DNA from: a virus
Lineage: Duplodnaviria > Caudoviricetes
Virus record (IMG/VR): IMGVR_UViG_2933330693_000001
Location: 6,748-70,747 of that record
Strand: one strand, 5' to 3'
DNA length: 64,000 bases
The position numbers and the translations under genes are program-made. The notes under the pieces are model-generated. The model was not told the DNA's origin and searched no databases. It saw only the letters and a program-made list of their open reading frames with translations. Shown here piece by piece: positions 48,773-57,660 of this stretch. Numbering within the stretch: the first letter of the stretch is position 1; every line of letters begins with the position of its first letter.

Positions 48773-48936
48773 ATCGCACCTCCGATGTGCGATCTCGGGC
48801 CCGCAGGCGGTAGCACGCCAGGCGGGCCCTTTCACGTTCAAGGCCGTTTGATCGTATGACGCGGTATGACGCGGTGTACAGCGGCAGGCCGCTACCTGGA
48901 TATATGTGCAGCTCAGGGCCGCTCTAGCGTGGTCGT

Positions 48937-49218
48937 ATGGCTGGTGAAGTGGAGGTCCCGGAGTGGGATCCGGACGCGACGCGGGTCGTCTACGTGTACG
49001 AGGCGCTCGCCGACCACATCGCGCTCCGGATCGAGGCCGGCCACTGGAAGCCGGGCAATCCGCTGCCGGGTGAGCGCGCCTTGTCGGAGGAGTACGGGGT
49101 CGCGCTCGGCACGATCCGGCGCGGCCTGGATGTGCTGCGCGAGCGCGGGCTGGTGGTGACGTTGAAGTCCAAGGGGACGCTCGTGAAGCCGCAGGAGTCG
49201 CCGAGCGGGCAGGAATGA
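48937..49218 (+). CDS. GntR-family winged-helix regulator (HTH only)
   Basis: YEALADHI..WKPGNPLPGERALSEEYGVALGTIRRGL..KGTLV. Confidence 0.88.
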   Translation: MAGEVEVPEWDPDATRVVYVYEALADHIALRIEAGHWKPGNPLPGERALSEEYGVALGTIRRGLDVLRERGLVVTLKSKGTLVKPQESPSGQE

Positions 49219-49220
49219 GT

Positions 49221-49254
49221 GAGCCCCGGCCGTCGAGGAGACGGTCGGGGCTCT
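49221..49254. terminator. Hairpin between convergent genes
   Basis: gagccccggccgtc-gagga-gacggtcggggctc. Confidence 0.6.
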
Positions 49255-49295
49255 CGTACGTGTGAGCTCTGCAGCTCTCGCAGCGTCTTACCTGG

Positions 49296-49688
49296 TCACG
49301 CTTCTCCTCGGGCGGTCGTGAGCTGAAGGACGGGCTTGGCGATGTCGCGGTGCTCAACGTGAACGTGCGCGCCTGCCTCGCGCAGCTCGGCGGCGATCTC
49401 TTCGGCGACCGCGACGGATCGGTGCCGGCCGCCGACGCAGCCCGTGGCGATGCTCACCGGCAGGCCGGCCACGAGCAGCCCGCAGGTGAGGGCGGCGGTG
49501 TGGTCGATCAGCGTGCGGGCGCCGGGGGTGTCGAGGACGTGCTGCCGGACCTGCTCGTTGAGGCCGGTCAGGTAGCGCAGCGCCGGGTCGTGGTGCGGGT
49601 TGCGCAGGTTGTGCCGCAGGTCGAGGGTGATGTGCGCGGTCGGTGCGGGGGCGTGGCCGTACCCGAACGAGCTGATGGTGACGTTCAT
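49296..49688 (-). CDS. Stand-alone RapZ C-terminal-domain protein
   Basis: ISSFGY..LDLR..LRNP..LTG..IATGCVGGRHRSVAVAE. Confidence 0.82.
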   Translation of the reverse strand: MNVTISSFGYGHAPAPTAHITLDLRHNLRNPHHDPALRYLTGLNEQVRQHVLDTPGARTLIDHTAALTCGLLVAGLPVSIATGCVGGRHRSVAVAEEIAAELREAGAHVHVEHRDIAKPVLQLTTARGEA

Positions 49689-49834
49689 CGGCTGGCTCCT
49701 GCCGTGGCGGGCGTGCGCGGCACGTACTCGTTGTTGAGGTCGGCGGCGTAGACGGTGCGGCGGCAGTGCGCGCACCGGTAGACGATCGGCCCCTCGTCGA
49801 GAGGGCTGGCGCAGCGCGGGCAGTTGGGCGTCAT
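49685..49834 (-). CDS. Small Zn-ribbon protein
   Basis: MTPNCPRCASPLDEGPIVYRCAHC; coupled both sides. Confidence 0.55.
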   Translation of the reverse strand: MTPNCPRCASPLDEGPIVYRCAHCRRTVYAADLNNEYVPRTPATAGASR

Positions 49835-50181
49835 CACGCACGCTCCTCACTGATCAGCGCGAACGCCGGCGCGTCGTAGTCGCCGTACATCTCCTGGATC
49901 TCGCCGATCCGTTCCTGCAGCTCCTGCTCGGTGATGGCGTGGCACTCGGCGAGCACGTCGACGATCTCCTGCATCGCGGCGAGCGCATCTATCGAGGGGG
50001 AGCCGAGGTAGGTGCGTGCCGCCGAGATGAGGATCTCGACGAGCAGCCGCTGGTGCTCCTCCCCTTCGACGGTCCGCACCACGACGGAGACTCCCTGGGT
50101 GCGCAGGTGGTCGAGCAGCTCGGACCGGATGAGTCGCGGGCCGGCGGATGGGGGGCTGGTGTTGATGGTGGTTGGCGTCAT
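49834..50181 (-). CDS. Hypothetical protein
   Basis: Coupled; helical. Confidence 0.5.
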   Translation of the reverse strand: MTPTTINTSPPSAGPRLIRSELLDHLRTQGVSVVVRTVEGEEHQRLLVEILISAARTYLGSPSIDALAAMQEIVDVLAECHAITEQELQERIGEIQEMYGDYDAPAFALISEERA

Positions 50182-50287
50182 GATGGGGTTGCCCTTTCTG
50201 ATCTGGATGGATGAGCAGGGGTGTGCGGGCGCGCCCGCCGCGGGACTTCTTGGCGGATGACCGCGGTGGTGCGCGCCCGTTCCGTTG

Positions 50288-50428
50288 TCAGTCGTCGGCG
50301 AGGTTCGCCCGGTAGCCGTCAGCGATGTGGGCGAGTGCTTCCTTCACGGTGTTCCCGCATGTGGCTGCGATCGCCGCAGCGGCACGCATGTCCGTCTTGT
50401 CGAACGGCCAGGTGTTGTTGTCGCTCAT
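50288..50428 (-). CDS. Small hypothetical protein
   Basis: MSDNNTWPFDKTDMRAAAAIAATCG; GGAGG RBS. Confidence 0.4.
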   Translation of the reverse strand: MSDNNTWPFDKTDMRAAAAIAATCGNTVKEALAHIADGYRANLADD

Positions 50429-50460
50429 GTTCGGCGTCCTTCCGGTTGGTGGATGTTCAT

Positions 50461-51248
50461 CCGTACGGCGCGCCCGTACGGAGTGGGGTGAGCCTGTACG
50501 GGCATGGCCGTACAGGTCAGCGGACAGCCCTTAGTACGGGCCGCGCGTCGCCCGTACGGGACGCCTCCTCGGCACCCGTACGGGTGGCGTCCGGAGCCTC
50601 CGTACGGGGCTCGTCCGCGACGTCCGTACGGGAGCCCGTACGGACGTCTTGCGCCGCATCCGTACGGGCTGGCGTACGGGTCTCGGAGGCGGCCTGCATG
50701 CGGGGCGTTTCGGCCGCACCTCGGGCGTCCTCGCGGGCATCCTTAACGACCTTCTCGCACCAGGAGCGGCCGTAGCCGGTGCGCGCCATCAACGCCTCGT
50801 AGTCAGGCTTCCAGTCATCCCCCGTCGTCGCGATGTCGCTGGCCAGCTCGGCAACCAGAGCGTCACGGTCGACGGTCGCGGGCGGCGTCTTGACCAACGT
50901 CTTGGGGGGCTTCGGGGCCGTAGTCGCGGTCTTGGCCGCTGCGGCGCGGGCAGGCTTAGGGGCGACCGGGCGGGCGGGTTCGGTCCGGTCCTCATCTCCC
51001 GTACGGGGCTTCTGTGCGGGCTCCTCGGCGCCCGTACGGCGGGCCCGTACGAGGCTGCTGTCGTCCGTACGAGGAGGCTCCGTACGGGGCCCGTACGGGG
51101 GCGGCGTACGGATGGTCTCCGGCGTCCGTACGGGCTCGGGCAGCGCCGGGCGTACGGGCTCCGGAGCGGGGGTCCGTACGGGTTCGGCGACCACCGTCGT
51201 ACGGGTCTCCGGAGCGCTCTGCGTACGGACGGACGCGGGCTCCGTACG
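50461..51248. repeat. Dispersed CGTACG (mostly CCGTACGG) palindromes, about 22 copies in two clusters
   Basis: About 9 copies at 50461-50680 and about 13 at 50999-51248 (hand count). Confidence 0.85.
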
Positions 51249-51716
51249 GCGGGTCTTGCGCCGGCCGAGGGCCTCGCTGATCGCCTCAATCAGGATGATC
51301 AACAGGTGGAGGCTGAGCGCCAACGCCACCGCGGGAATCGCGGAGACGGCGCCCTGCTGCCACCCATCCAGGTCCACCGCAGCCCCCTTGGACTGGGTGG
51401 CGTGCAGGGCGTTGCACGCGATCGAGATGATCACGCCCGTCAAGACGACGAACCAGGCGTAGCCCGTCTTCTTCTCCAGCATCTTCAACACGAGGGCGGC
51501 CATCGTGCCCACCGTCATCGCGCCATCCACACTGACCGGCATCAGCCAAGACAGACCCCGGTCGATGTGGGCGGCTTCCGACACGGCGGTGATGGCGTCG
51601 AAGGACAGGACGAACGCCCCCACCACGACCGCGATCAGCGCAAACACCGCCACGGCGATCATCGTGACGAGCTTGCCGTCGAGCTTCGGCGTCTCGCTGT
51701 GGTCCAGGCTGTTCAC
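50517..51716 (-). CDS. DUF2637/Spd-like membrane protein with repeat-rich tail and HTH-like segment
   Basis: AFVLSFDAI..LSWLMPVSVDG..SIACNALH..VSAIPAVAL; LMARTGYGRSWCEK. Confidence 0.78.
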   Translation of the reverse strand: MNSLDHSETPKLDGKLVTMIAVAVFALIAVVVGAFVLSFDAITAVSEAAHIDRGLSWLMPVSVDGAMTVGTMAALVLKMLEKKTGYAWFVVLTGVIISIACNALHATQSKGAAVDLDGWQQGAVSAIPAVALALSLHLLIILIEAISEALGRRKTRRTEPASVRTQSAPETRTTVVAEPVRTPAPEPVRPALPEPVRTPETIRTPPPYGPRTEPPRTDDSSLVRARRTGAEEPAQKPRTGDEDRTEPARPVAPKPARAAAAKTATTAPKPPKTLVKTPPATVDRDALVAELASDIATTGDDWKPDYEALMARTGYGRSWCEKVVKDAREDARGAAETPRMQAASETRTPARTDAAQDVRTGSRTDVADEPRTEAPDATRTGAEEASRTGDARPVLRAVR

Positions 51717-51754
51717 GGGTATCTCCTCGATGGGATATGCAGGCTGAGCTGGGG

Positions 51755-52255
51755 TTACGCGGGGACGTCGCCGCTGATGAACCGGCCTCGGTAGGGGAGC
51801 TTTCGGCCGGAACGGATGTGGCTGTAGGCGGCGGCGTAGGTGTCGCCGAGCTCGTCCGGGGCGGCCATCAGCCGGTTCGTGGCGTACTCGACGCGGCGCA
51901 GGGCGGCGTACAGGATCTCCAGGGCCGCCTGCAGGGCGACGACGTAGTCGGTGGGCGTGTGCTCGTCGACCAGCGCCAGCCGCTCCTCGCAGTCGGCGAT
52001 CATGCTTCTGATCTGCGACGCTTGGGCGGACAGCTCGGCTTCGAGGTCGACGAGCGCGTTGATGAAGTCGATGTCGTTGCGCCACGGCCCGGTCGCCGTG
52101 CAGGCGGTCATGCCGAGGGTGACGGCGGCGGCGATGACGCTGCGGTAGCTTGCCGCGGCCAGGCCGGTCGCGGCGCACCTGCCGACCATGCTTGTGGCGG
52201 TGTGGGCGTGGTCGGTGGTGTCGGCCAGGGCGACTGCTGCGTTCAGGATGGACAT
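51755..52255 (-). CDS. Helical protein with C-terminal LPYxGR motif
   Basis: Ends TYAAAYSHIRSGRKLPYRGRFISGD; GAGG RBS. Confidence 0.6.
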   Translation of the reverse strand: MSILNAAVALADTTDHAHTATSMVGRCAATGLAAASYRSVIAAAVTLGMTACTATGPWRNDIDFINALVDLEAELSAQASQIRSMIADCEERLALVDEHTPTDYVVALQAALEILYAALRRVEYATNRLMAAPDELGDTYAAAYSHIRSGRKLPYRGRFISGDVPA

Positions 52256-52313
52256 AACTCCTCGATTCCGTAACTCTCCGTAGGTTCGATCAAGCTTTAG
52301 AGGGGCGTTGAAG

Positions 52314-52412
52314 GCGATCGGCTCATCGACGCATCGACTCATCTCCCGGCCCCTATATGGGGGCTCTCAGGGCCGCATGAGCCGATCCCAGATGAGCCGA
52401 TGAGCCGATCCG
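52314..52412. repeat. clt-like repeats downstream of traB-like gene
   Basis: ATGAGCCGAT at 52377, 52392 and 52400; inverted copy at 52317-52326; one-mismatch inverted copy at 52333-52342. Confidence 0.6.
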
Positions 52413-52418
52413 AGACGG

Positions 52419-54479
52419 TCACGCACTGTGCTCGCCCGCTCGGAGGTGCCAGCGGGTCGCCGGCCCCTGTCCACGCGGCTCAATGACGCCCTCGGCGCGC
52501 AACTGGTTCAAGAACCGCACCGTCTGCGCGTCGCTGTAGCCGATCTCCGCAGCGACATCCCGCTTGGCCGCAGCCCCATCGCCGAGCAGCGCGAGAACCC
52601 GGGAGCGCACCTCCGCCGGCACGGGCGATGCCGCCGTCTGCTCGACCTGGTTGAACATCTCCCAGCGCGCGCGCGAGTGCTCGCGTACCTGCGCGGCCTC
52701 CGCCGCCTCCAACGACGGCACCAACCGGAGGGACGCCCTGATGCCCTCCCGCTCGGCCGCCCGGTCATCGGGCGTGGACGGCAGGTCAGGCTGACTCTGC
52801 TCGGCCGGCTCCTCCGCCGCGCCGCTCGCCCCGTCATCCTGCAGCGCGGCGAACAGCTTGCCCAGCTTCGGGTCTGCCAGGACATCCCACTCCAGCGGCG
52901 ACGCCTCCCGTCCCTCGGCGATCCGCGAGACGTCGTCCAGGTCCTTCAGCTTGAAGGTGCGGCCCTTGCTGTTGTTGCCGCTGACGTCGGCGATGCAGAC
53001 AACGCCCGGCTTGCCCTCGCCGTACTTCGTCATGTCAGGCAGTTCCAGGCCGAGCTCGCCGGCGGCGAGCGCCATCTCGTTGCGCCGGGACACCTTGAGG
53101 AACACGAACCTGTCGAGGTTGGCGCGGATGTTGCCGCCGCCCAGCCACTGCGCGCTGCCGCGCTGGCCGACCAGGATGACGCCGACCGACTCCGACCGGC
53201 CCTTGCTGGTGATCGTGGTCAAGGCGGCCTGCGCCCGCTGGGCCAGAGCGTCGCCGCCGGTCACCAGCGCGTCGACCTCGTCCACGACGACGATGACCGC
53301 AGGATGGCCTGGGTGGGGCTGGAAAACGGCGTCGGTGTTGTGCGCGGCGCGGTGCGAGATCAGCGCCGCAGCGAACTCGAGAATCTTGACGGCCTTGGCC
53401 CGCTCCTGCGGCCCGCACGCTGCCGCGCCCAGCGCGCCGGAGTCGCGCCAGCGGCGCATGTCCTTGGCCTTGGACACGTCGATGCCGAACACCAAGGCGT
53501 TGTCGGCCGCGGTCAGCCGCTCCAACACGTTGTTGAGCAGCACCGTCTTGCCGCCACCCTTGATGGCGACGACCATGATGTGCGCTGCGCCGTCCTCGTC
53601 CCACACAACTAGCTCCAGCGGCCGGCCGGTCTCCGGGTCCTGGCCGACGATCGGCGGCTGGCGCACATCGGCGACGTCCGGGAGCGAGATTTCCGGGTTG
53701 GGGTCGAGGAGCGGGTGGGGGATGACGTCGGCCCACGGGTCCTTGAGCCGTAGCGAGATCCACAGTTGGCCGGCGACGCGGCCTTCCTTCACCTGGACGC
53801 GGCCGGTGGAGATGCCGAAGTCCTCGGCGACCCGCTCGGCGAAGGAGCGGGTGACGAATGCGCTGGCGCGCTTGCCGGTGCCGCGCGTGTCCAGCAGCGC
53901 CTGCTCGCCGAGCCGGGTTGGCTCCGCGCTCACTACGCGCGCCCCGTCGATGCCCCAGCCGGCGAAGTACGCCTCCCAGTCGATGCGCGGCACCTCGGGC
54001 GTCACCACCTCGACGGGGCGCGGCTTGAGGCCGACCCGGTGCAGGGCGTAGCCGACGCCGAACGCTCCCAGGTACATCCAGGTGGCCAGCCCGGACGGGC
54101 CCGCAGCGACGCCGGCTTCGGCGGCGGCGGCTAGCCAGGTGCCGGAGGCTGCGGTGGCGGCGGTCGCGCCGACGATGCGTGTGCCCTTCAGCCGGTTCAT
54201 GGCGGTGGCGTAGGTCGCGATCGACCCGGCGATGGTGACCATGCCGATCCCCCACCACGGCAGGTGGGTGGCGTGGGCCAGCGCACCGGCCCCATACAGG
54301 GCGGCGCCGCCCAGGAACGGTGCCCGCTCGGCTGGGGCTGCCCGGAACCACGCGTAGGTGGCGCGGGCGGCGGCTTTGAGGTTGCTGGGGGGCGGCGGCT
54401 CGTCGCTGTTCTGGGGGGCCTCGACCGCGTGGTGGCTGTGCGGCGGGGCGGGGCACCGCTCGGCGGTCGATCGGCTCAC
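52419..54479 (-). CDS. traB: TraB-like FtsK/SpoIIIE translocase
   Basis: N-terminal TM helices; AIKGGGKT Walker A; VIVVVDE Walker B; SKGRS, GQR; C-terminal winged helix. Confidence 0.8.
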   Translation of the reverse strand: MSRSTAERCPAPPHSHHAVEAPQNSDEPPPPSNLKAAARATYAWFRAAPAERAPFLGGAALYGAGALAHATHLPWWGIGMVTIAGSIATYATAMNRLKGTRIVGATAATAASGTWLAAAAEAGVAAGPSGLATWMYLGAFGVGYALHRVGLKPRPVEVVTPEVPRIDWEAYFAGWGIDGARVVSAEPTRLGEQALLDTRGTGKRASAFVTRSFAERVAEDFGISTGRVQVKEGRVAGQLWISLRLKDPWADVIPHPLLDPNPEISLPDVADVRQPPIVGQDPETGRPLELVVWDEDGAAHIMVVAIKGGGKTVLLNNVLERLTAADNALVFGIDVSKAKDMRRWRDSGALGAAACGPQERAKAVKILEFAAALISHRAAHNTDAVFQPHPGHPAVIVVVDEVDALVTGGDALAQRAQAALTTITSKGRSESVGVILVGQRGSAQWLGGGNIRANLDRFVFLKVSRRNEMALAAGELGLELPDMTKYGEGKPGVVCIADVSGNNSKGRTFKLKDLDDVSRIAEGREASPLEWDVLADPKLGKLFAALQDDGASGAAEEPAEQSQPDLPSTPDDRAAEREGIRASLRLVPSLEAAEAAQVREHSRARWEMFNQVEQTAASPVPAEVRSRVLALLGDGAAAKRDVAAEIGYSDAQTVRFLNQLRAEGVIEPRGQGPATRWHLRAGEHSA

Positions 54480-54555
54480 GGCCAGGTCCCTTTCAGACGA
54501 TGGGATTCATAGGGCGGCTGGCCCCGGCCGGCGGTAGGCCGGGGCCCGGGGGCTG

Positions 54556-55725
54556 TTAGACGGCCTCGCCGGTCATCCAGCGGCCGTTGTAGGGCAGGAC
54601 CACGCCGTTGGCGACGGCCTTCATGACCTCCTCGTAGGTGGTGACGAACCGCTGGTGCGCGGCGGTCATGGCCCGGGTCAGCTCCATGACGTGCTCGGCG
54701 AACTCGCCCAAGCCCTGCACGGAGTTGGGGTCGAGGCCGAGGCTGTTGAGGCAGTCTTCGTGGAGCTGCTCGTACGCCTCGGCGTAGCCGCAGATGCCGG
54801 CCACCTCGCCGGTCATGAAGTTGATGAGCTCGGCGTCGGACTCGGGGTGGAAGTTCGCGACCCGCTGCGCCAGCTGCTGCCAGTCGGCGGGCGCGTACGC
54901 GGACACGTCGCTGCTGGCCTGCTCCGTGCTGTTGGGCGCGGCGGGGGCGATGGTGGTTGCGGTCATGTCGGTGTCCTCCTCGGTTGGCTGCGCGCCGTTG
55001 CGACGCGCAGGGTCGGTGGTGGTCTGGTCCGGGGCCGCCTCGTCGGGGGGCGGGTCGTTGGGGGCGCGGTAGAACGTGATGCGGAAGCCGCACCCGCAGG
55101 TGACGGTGCGATCGAACTGCGCGCTGGGGATGACGGCCTTCACCCGGGTCCCGCAGCGGGGACAATCGGTGCTCCCCAAGAGGTCTGGGTCTCCGTCGGC
55201 AGGTTCGTCGGTGACCGGCTGAACGGCGACGGACTGAGCGGCTTCCTTGCGCTTCTGCCACGCCGTGATGGAGTCCCACGCTCGGGCTCTGCGGGCCGCC
55301 GGAGAGTCATCGGCGGTCGGGGCGCCACCGCTGCCCTCAGACTTCGGGATGCGCTGCCACAGGCGGGGCGCCCGCTCAGAGCGTTCCTCCCAGCGGCGGG
55401 TCGCCGCATCGGTGACGGACCGCGCCGCCCGCACGGCAGCCTCGCCGGTCTTGGCCTTCACCTTCTCCACCACCGGCGCCGCCTTCTCAGCGACCTTGCC
55501 CTGCGCCTTCCGGGTCAGCGCCCCCGCCGCTCGGCCAGCGAGCTCGCCCAGCCCGGGAAGGACGCGCATGGCTTCGACCTTGGGCGCGCCCGAGGCGTTC
55601 CAGCCGCGCACCGCCCACGACGGCCTCGCCTTGTCGGCCTCGGTCCGGTTGGAGTGCCGGGCAATCGCGGCGATGGCGAAGATGACGACAGACGCGGCGA
55701 TGAACAGCTCAACCATCTGCTCCAC
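54556..55725 (-). CDS. Membrane-anchored protein with Zn-ribbon and C-terminal helical LPYxGR domain
   Basis: N-terminal TM; CPRC..CGC; ends TYEEVMKAVANGVVLPYNGRWMTGE. Confidence 0.6.
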   Translation of the reverse strand: MEQMVELFIAASVVIFAIAAIARHSNRTEADKARPSWAVRGWNASGAPKVEAMRVLPGLGELAGRAAGALTRKAQGKVAEKAAPVVEKVKAKTGEAAVRAARSVTDAATRRWEERSERAPRLWQRIPKSEGSGGAPTADDSPAARRARAWDSITAWQKRKEAAQSVAVQPVTDEPADGDPDLLGSTDCPRCGTRVKAVIPSAQFDRTVTCGCGFRITFYRAPNDPPPDEAAPDQTTTDPARRNGAQPTEEDTDMTATTIAPAAPNSTEQASSDVSAYAPADWQQLAQRVANFHPESDAELINFMTGEVAGICGYAEAYEQLHEDCLNSLGLDPNSVQGLGEFAEHVMELTRAMTAAHQRFVTTYEEVMKAVANGVVLPYNGRWMTGEAV

Positions 55726-55951
55726 CTCCCTCCCCGCGGACGGGCGGCGCCTGCAGCTCGCGGAGGGAGATGACGGCGGTGACGCCGACGGCCACCATCA
55801 GCGCGCCGCCGAGCAGGGCGAGCACCGGGAGGCCGAACAGGTACCGGGCCGCCAGGATGACGATCAGGCTGATCAGGACGTCCATCGTGCTGGGCCGGTT
55901 GTGCCACATGCGGCGAGCGACCTGGCCAGGCAACGGGCGGGGGCGGCTCAT
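55709..55951 (-). CDS. Small two-TM Spd-like protein
   Basis: Two hydrophobic helices. Confidence 0.55.
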   Translation of the reverse strand: MSRPRPLPGQVARRMWHNRPSTMDVLISLIVILAARYLFGLPVLALLGGALMVAVGVTAVISLRELQAPPVRGEGGGADG

Positions 55952-56361
55952 CACATCGCCCCGCTGATGGTCGACCAGCCGGCGGCACTGATCTGGCGGA
56001 CCCACGCCAGCGACCCGCCGGCGGTGGCGTACAGAATCGGGAAGAACGCGATCATGCCGTAGGTGGAGGGTCGGAGCCCGTGGCCGTCGAACACGTCGAT
56101 CGCAACCGCGACGCCGAGCAGGACGACCAGGCCGACCACGATGTGACCAGAGGTGACCTGGCCGATGCTGAAGTCGAGCCCCTTGAGCCAGTCGCCGATG
56201 AACGTGGCCGCGAGTCCGGTCCCGCCGAGGAACATCAGCGCGCAGATGACCCTGTTCAGGACGGCGGACGGGATGCGGCTGAGCTTGCCGCGCTTCTTGT
56301 GGATGAGGATTCCGAGCGCCAGGCACAGCAGCCCGAACGCGATGGCAGGCGTGTCACCCAT
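55951..56361 (-). CDS. Multi-TM Spd-like membrane protein
   Basis: About four TM helices. Confidence 0.6.
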   Translation of the reverse strand: MGDTPAIAFGLLCLALGILIHKKRGKLSRIPSAVLNRVICALMFLGGTGLAATFIGDWLKGLDFSIGQVTSGHIVVGLVVLLGVAVAIDVFDGHGLRPSTYGMIAFFPILYATAGGSLAWVRQISAAGWSTISGAM

Positions 56362-56363
56362 GG

Positions 56364-56822
56364 TCAGGAACCTCCAGTGATGATCAGGGCGGTGATGAAC
56401 AGCCAGGCGAGGTGCCACGACTGGTCGAGGGCGTACGCGCCGGTCCCGGTCGGGGCGGACTCGGGCATGCCGAGCCGGTAGAAGTCGCCCTTGCCGATCC
56501 GCTCGGCGAGAGCGGCGAGGGTGTGTCGGCGGTCGGCCCAGTAGTGGCTGACGGCGGCGAGGGCGAGTCCGACTGCGGCGGCGATGCCGGAGGGGACCCA
56601 GCCGGTGGCCAGCCACAGCAGCGCGAGGGCGACCAGCTTGGTGAGGGTCAGCGTGATGACGTGGTCGAGGCACGCGAGCCGCCCGGCCCGGCCGGGCGCG
56701 CCCTTGGCCATGGCCTGGCGGTGGGTTTGCGCCCAGTGGTCGCCGACCTGGTGGCCGACGTACAGGGCGACGAAGGTCGCGGAGAACATCATCAGGCTGA
56801 TCTGCGCGTCGGGGGCGATCAC
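56364..56822 (-). CDS. DUF3307-like membrane protein
   Basis: GHQVGDHWAQT..SHYWADRR..LDQSWH. Confidence 0.75.
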   Translation of the reverse strand: MIAPDAQISLMMFSATFVALYVGHQVGDHWAQTHRQAMAKGAPGRAGRLACLDHVITLTLTKLVALALLWLATGWVPSGIAAAVGLALAAVSHYWADRRHTLAALAERIGKGDFYRLGMPESAPTGTGAYALDQSWHLAWLFITALIITGGS

Positions 56823-57151
56823 GACGACACCTCGCTCCAGGTGTGCTGGGGGTTCCGGCCGGTGACGGTGACTGCGGTGCGGGAGAGGTCGTCGCGGGAG
56901 ACGATGTAGCCCATCTGCTGCAGCGTCTGCCGGAGGAGCCCGGCCGGGTATGCCTGGTGGGTGTCCTTGACGTGGATGATGGCGCCGCCGCGGGCGTGGG
57001 TGACGGTCACCTGGGGCGTGTAGCCGGCGAGCGCGGTGGCGTCCATCGCGGCCTGGGCGACGGTCTTGATGTCGTTGACGTCGTCGGCGGTGATGGCGAT
57101 CGGCTGGGCGGCTCGGCTGGTCCAGCCGAGGCCGGGAATGGGGCGGCTCAT
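56819..57151 (-). CDS. Hypothetical protein
   Basis: Coupled ORF. Confidence 0.5.
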   Translation of the reverse strand: MSRPIPGLGWTSRAAQPIAITADDVNDIKTVAQAAMDATALAGYTPQVTVTHARGGAIIHVKDTHQAYPAGLLRQTLQQMGYIVSRDDLSRTAVTVTGRNPQHTWSEVSS

Positions 57152-57660
57152 CGGACGTCGCCCTCCACGATGGCGGCCTGCTGGCGCTGGCTGCGGCGGC
57201 GCCACTGCCACCAGCGCGGCCGGTCCATCACGTCGATGACGTCGCACGCGGCGGAGTCGAACGTCTCGCCGTGCTCGCGGATCGCGTCGCCGATCCCGTC
57301 CAGCCCGTCGCTGACCGTCTTCTCGATCGAGGTCGTCATGCCGGAGAGGGCGGCCTCGATGCGGGCGTTGGACCGCTCGTTGGCGCCGGCCAGGTACTGC
57401 ACCGCGGTGGCGATCTGGGCGAGTTCGGCGCGGCAGGCGGCGGCCTGGCGGACTTCGTGGCGCAGCGCGGCCAGCTGGTCGGTGATTGCCAGCAGCGTGT
57501 GCGCGGTGGCGGCCTGGGCCGCGTACATCGCGGTCGCGGCGTCCTGCTTGTCCAGGGTCCGGTGGTTGTCCTGGTAGTGCTCGGAGAAGTGGCGCCCGTC
57601 GGCCGCGTAGGCCAACAGCGCCCTGGCCTGCTCGGCCGCCGTGGTGGTGGGCGTGCTCAT
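57148..57660 (-). CDS. Hypothetical coiled-coil protein
   Basis: AQAATAHTLLAI; RPRWWQWRR. Confidence 0.55.
   Translation of the reverse strand: MSTPTTTAAEQARALLAYAADGRHFSEHYQDNHRTLDKQDAATAMYAAQAATAHTLLAITDQLAALRHEVRQAAACRAELAQIATAVQYLAGANERSNARIEAALSGMTTSIEKTVSDGLDGIGDAIREHGETFDSAACDVIDVMDRPRWWQWRRRSQRQQAAIVEGDVR

Noticed and set aside
50461-51248. CRISPR array or tandem repeat
   Set aside because: The unit is only 6-8 bp with irregular spacing, lies mostly inside a CDS, and no cas genes are present.
52419-54479. Complete type VII or type IV secretion system
   Set aside because: Single FtsK domain only; no EccB/EccD/MycP, no literal WXG motif in the flanking helical domains, and no relaxase or VirB4.
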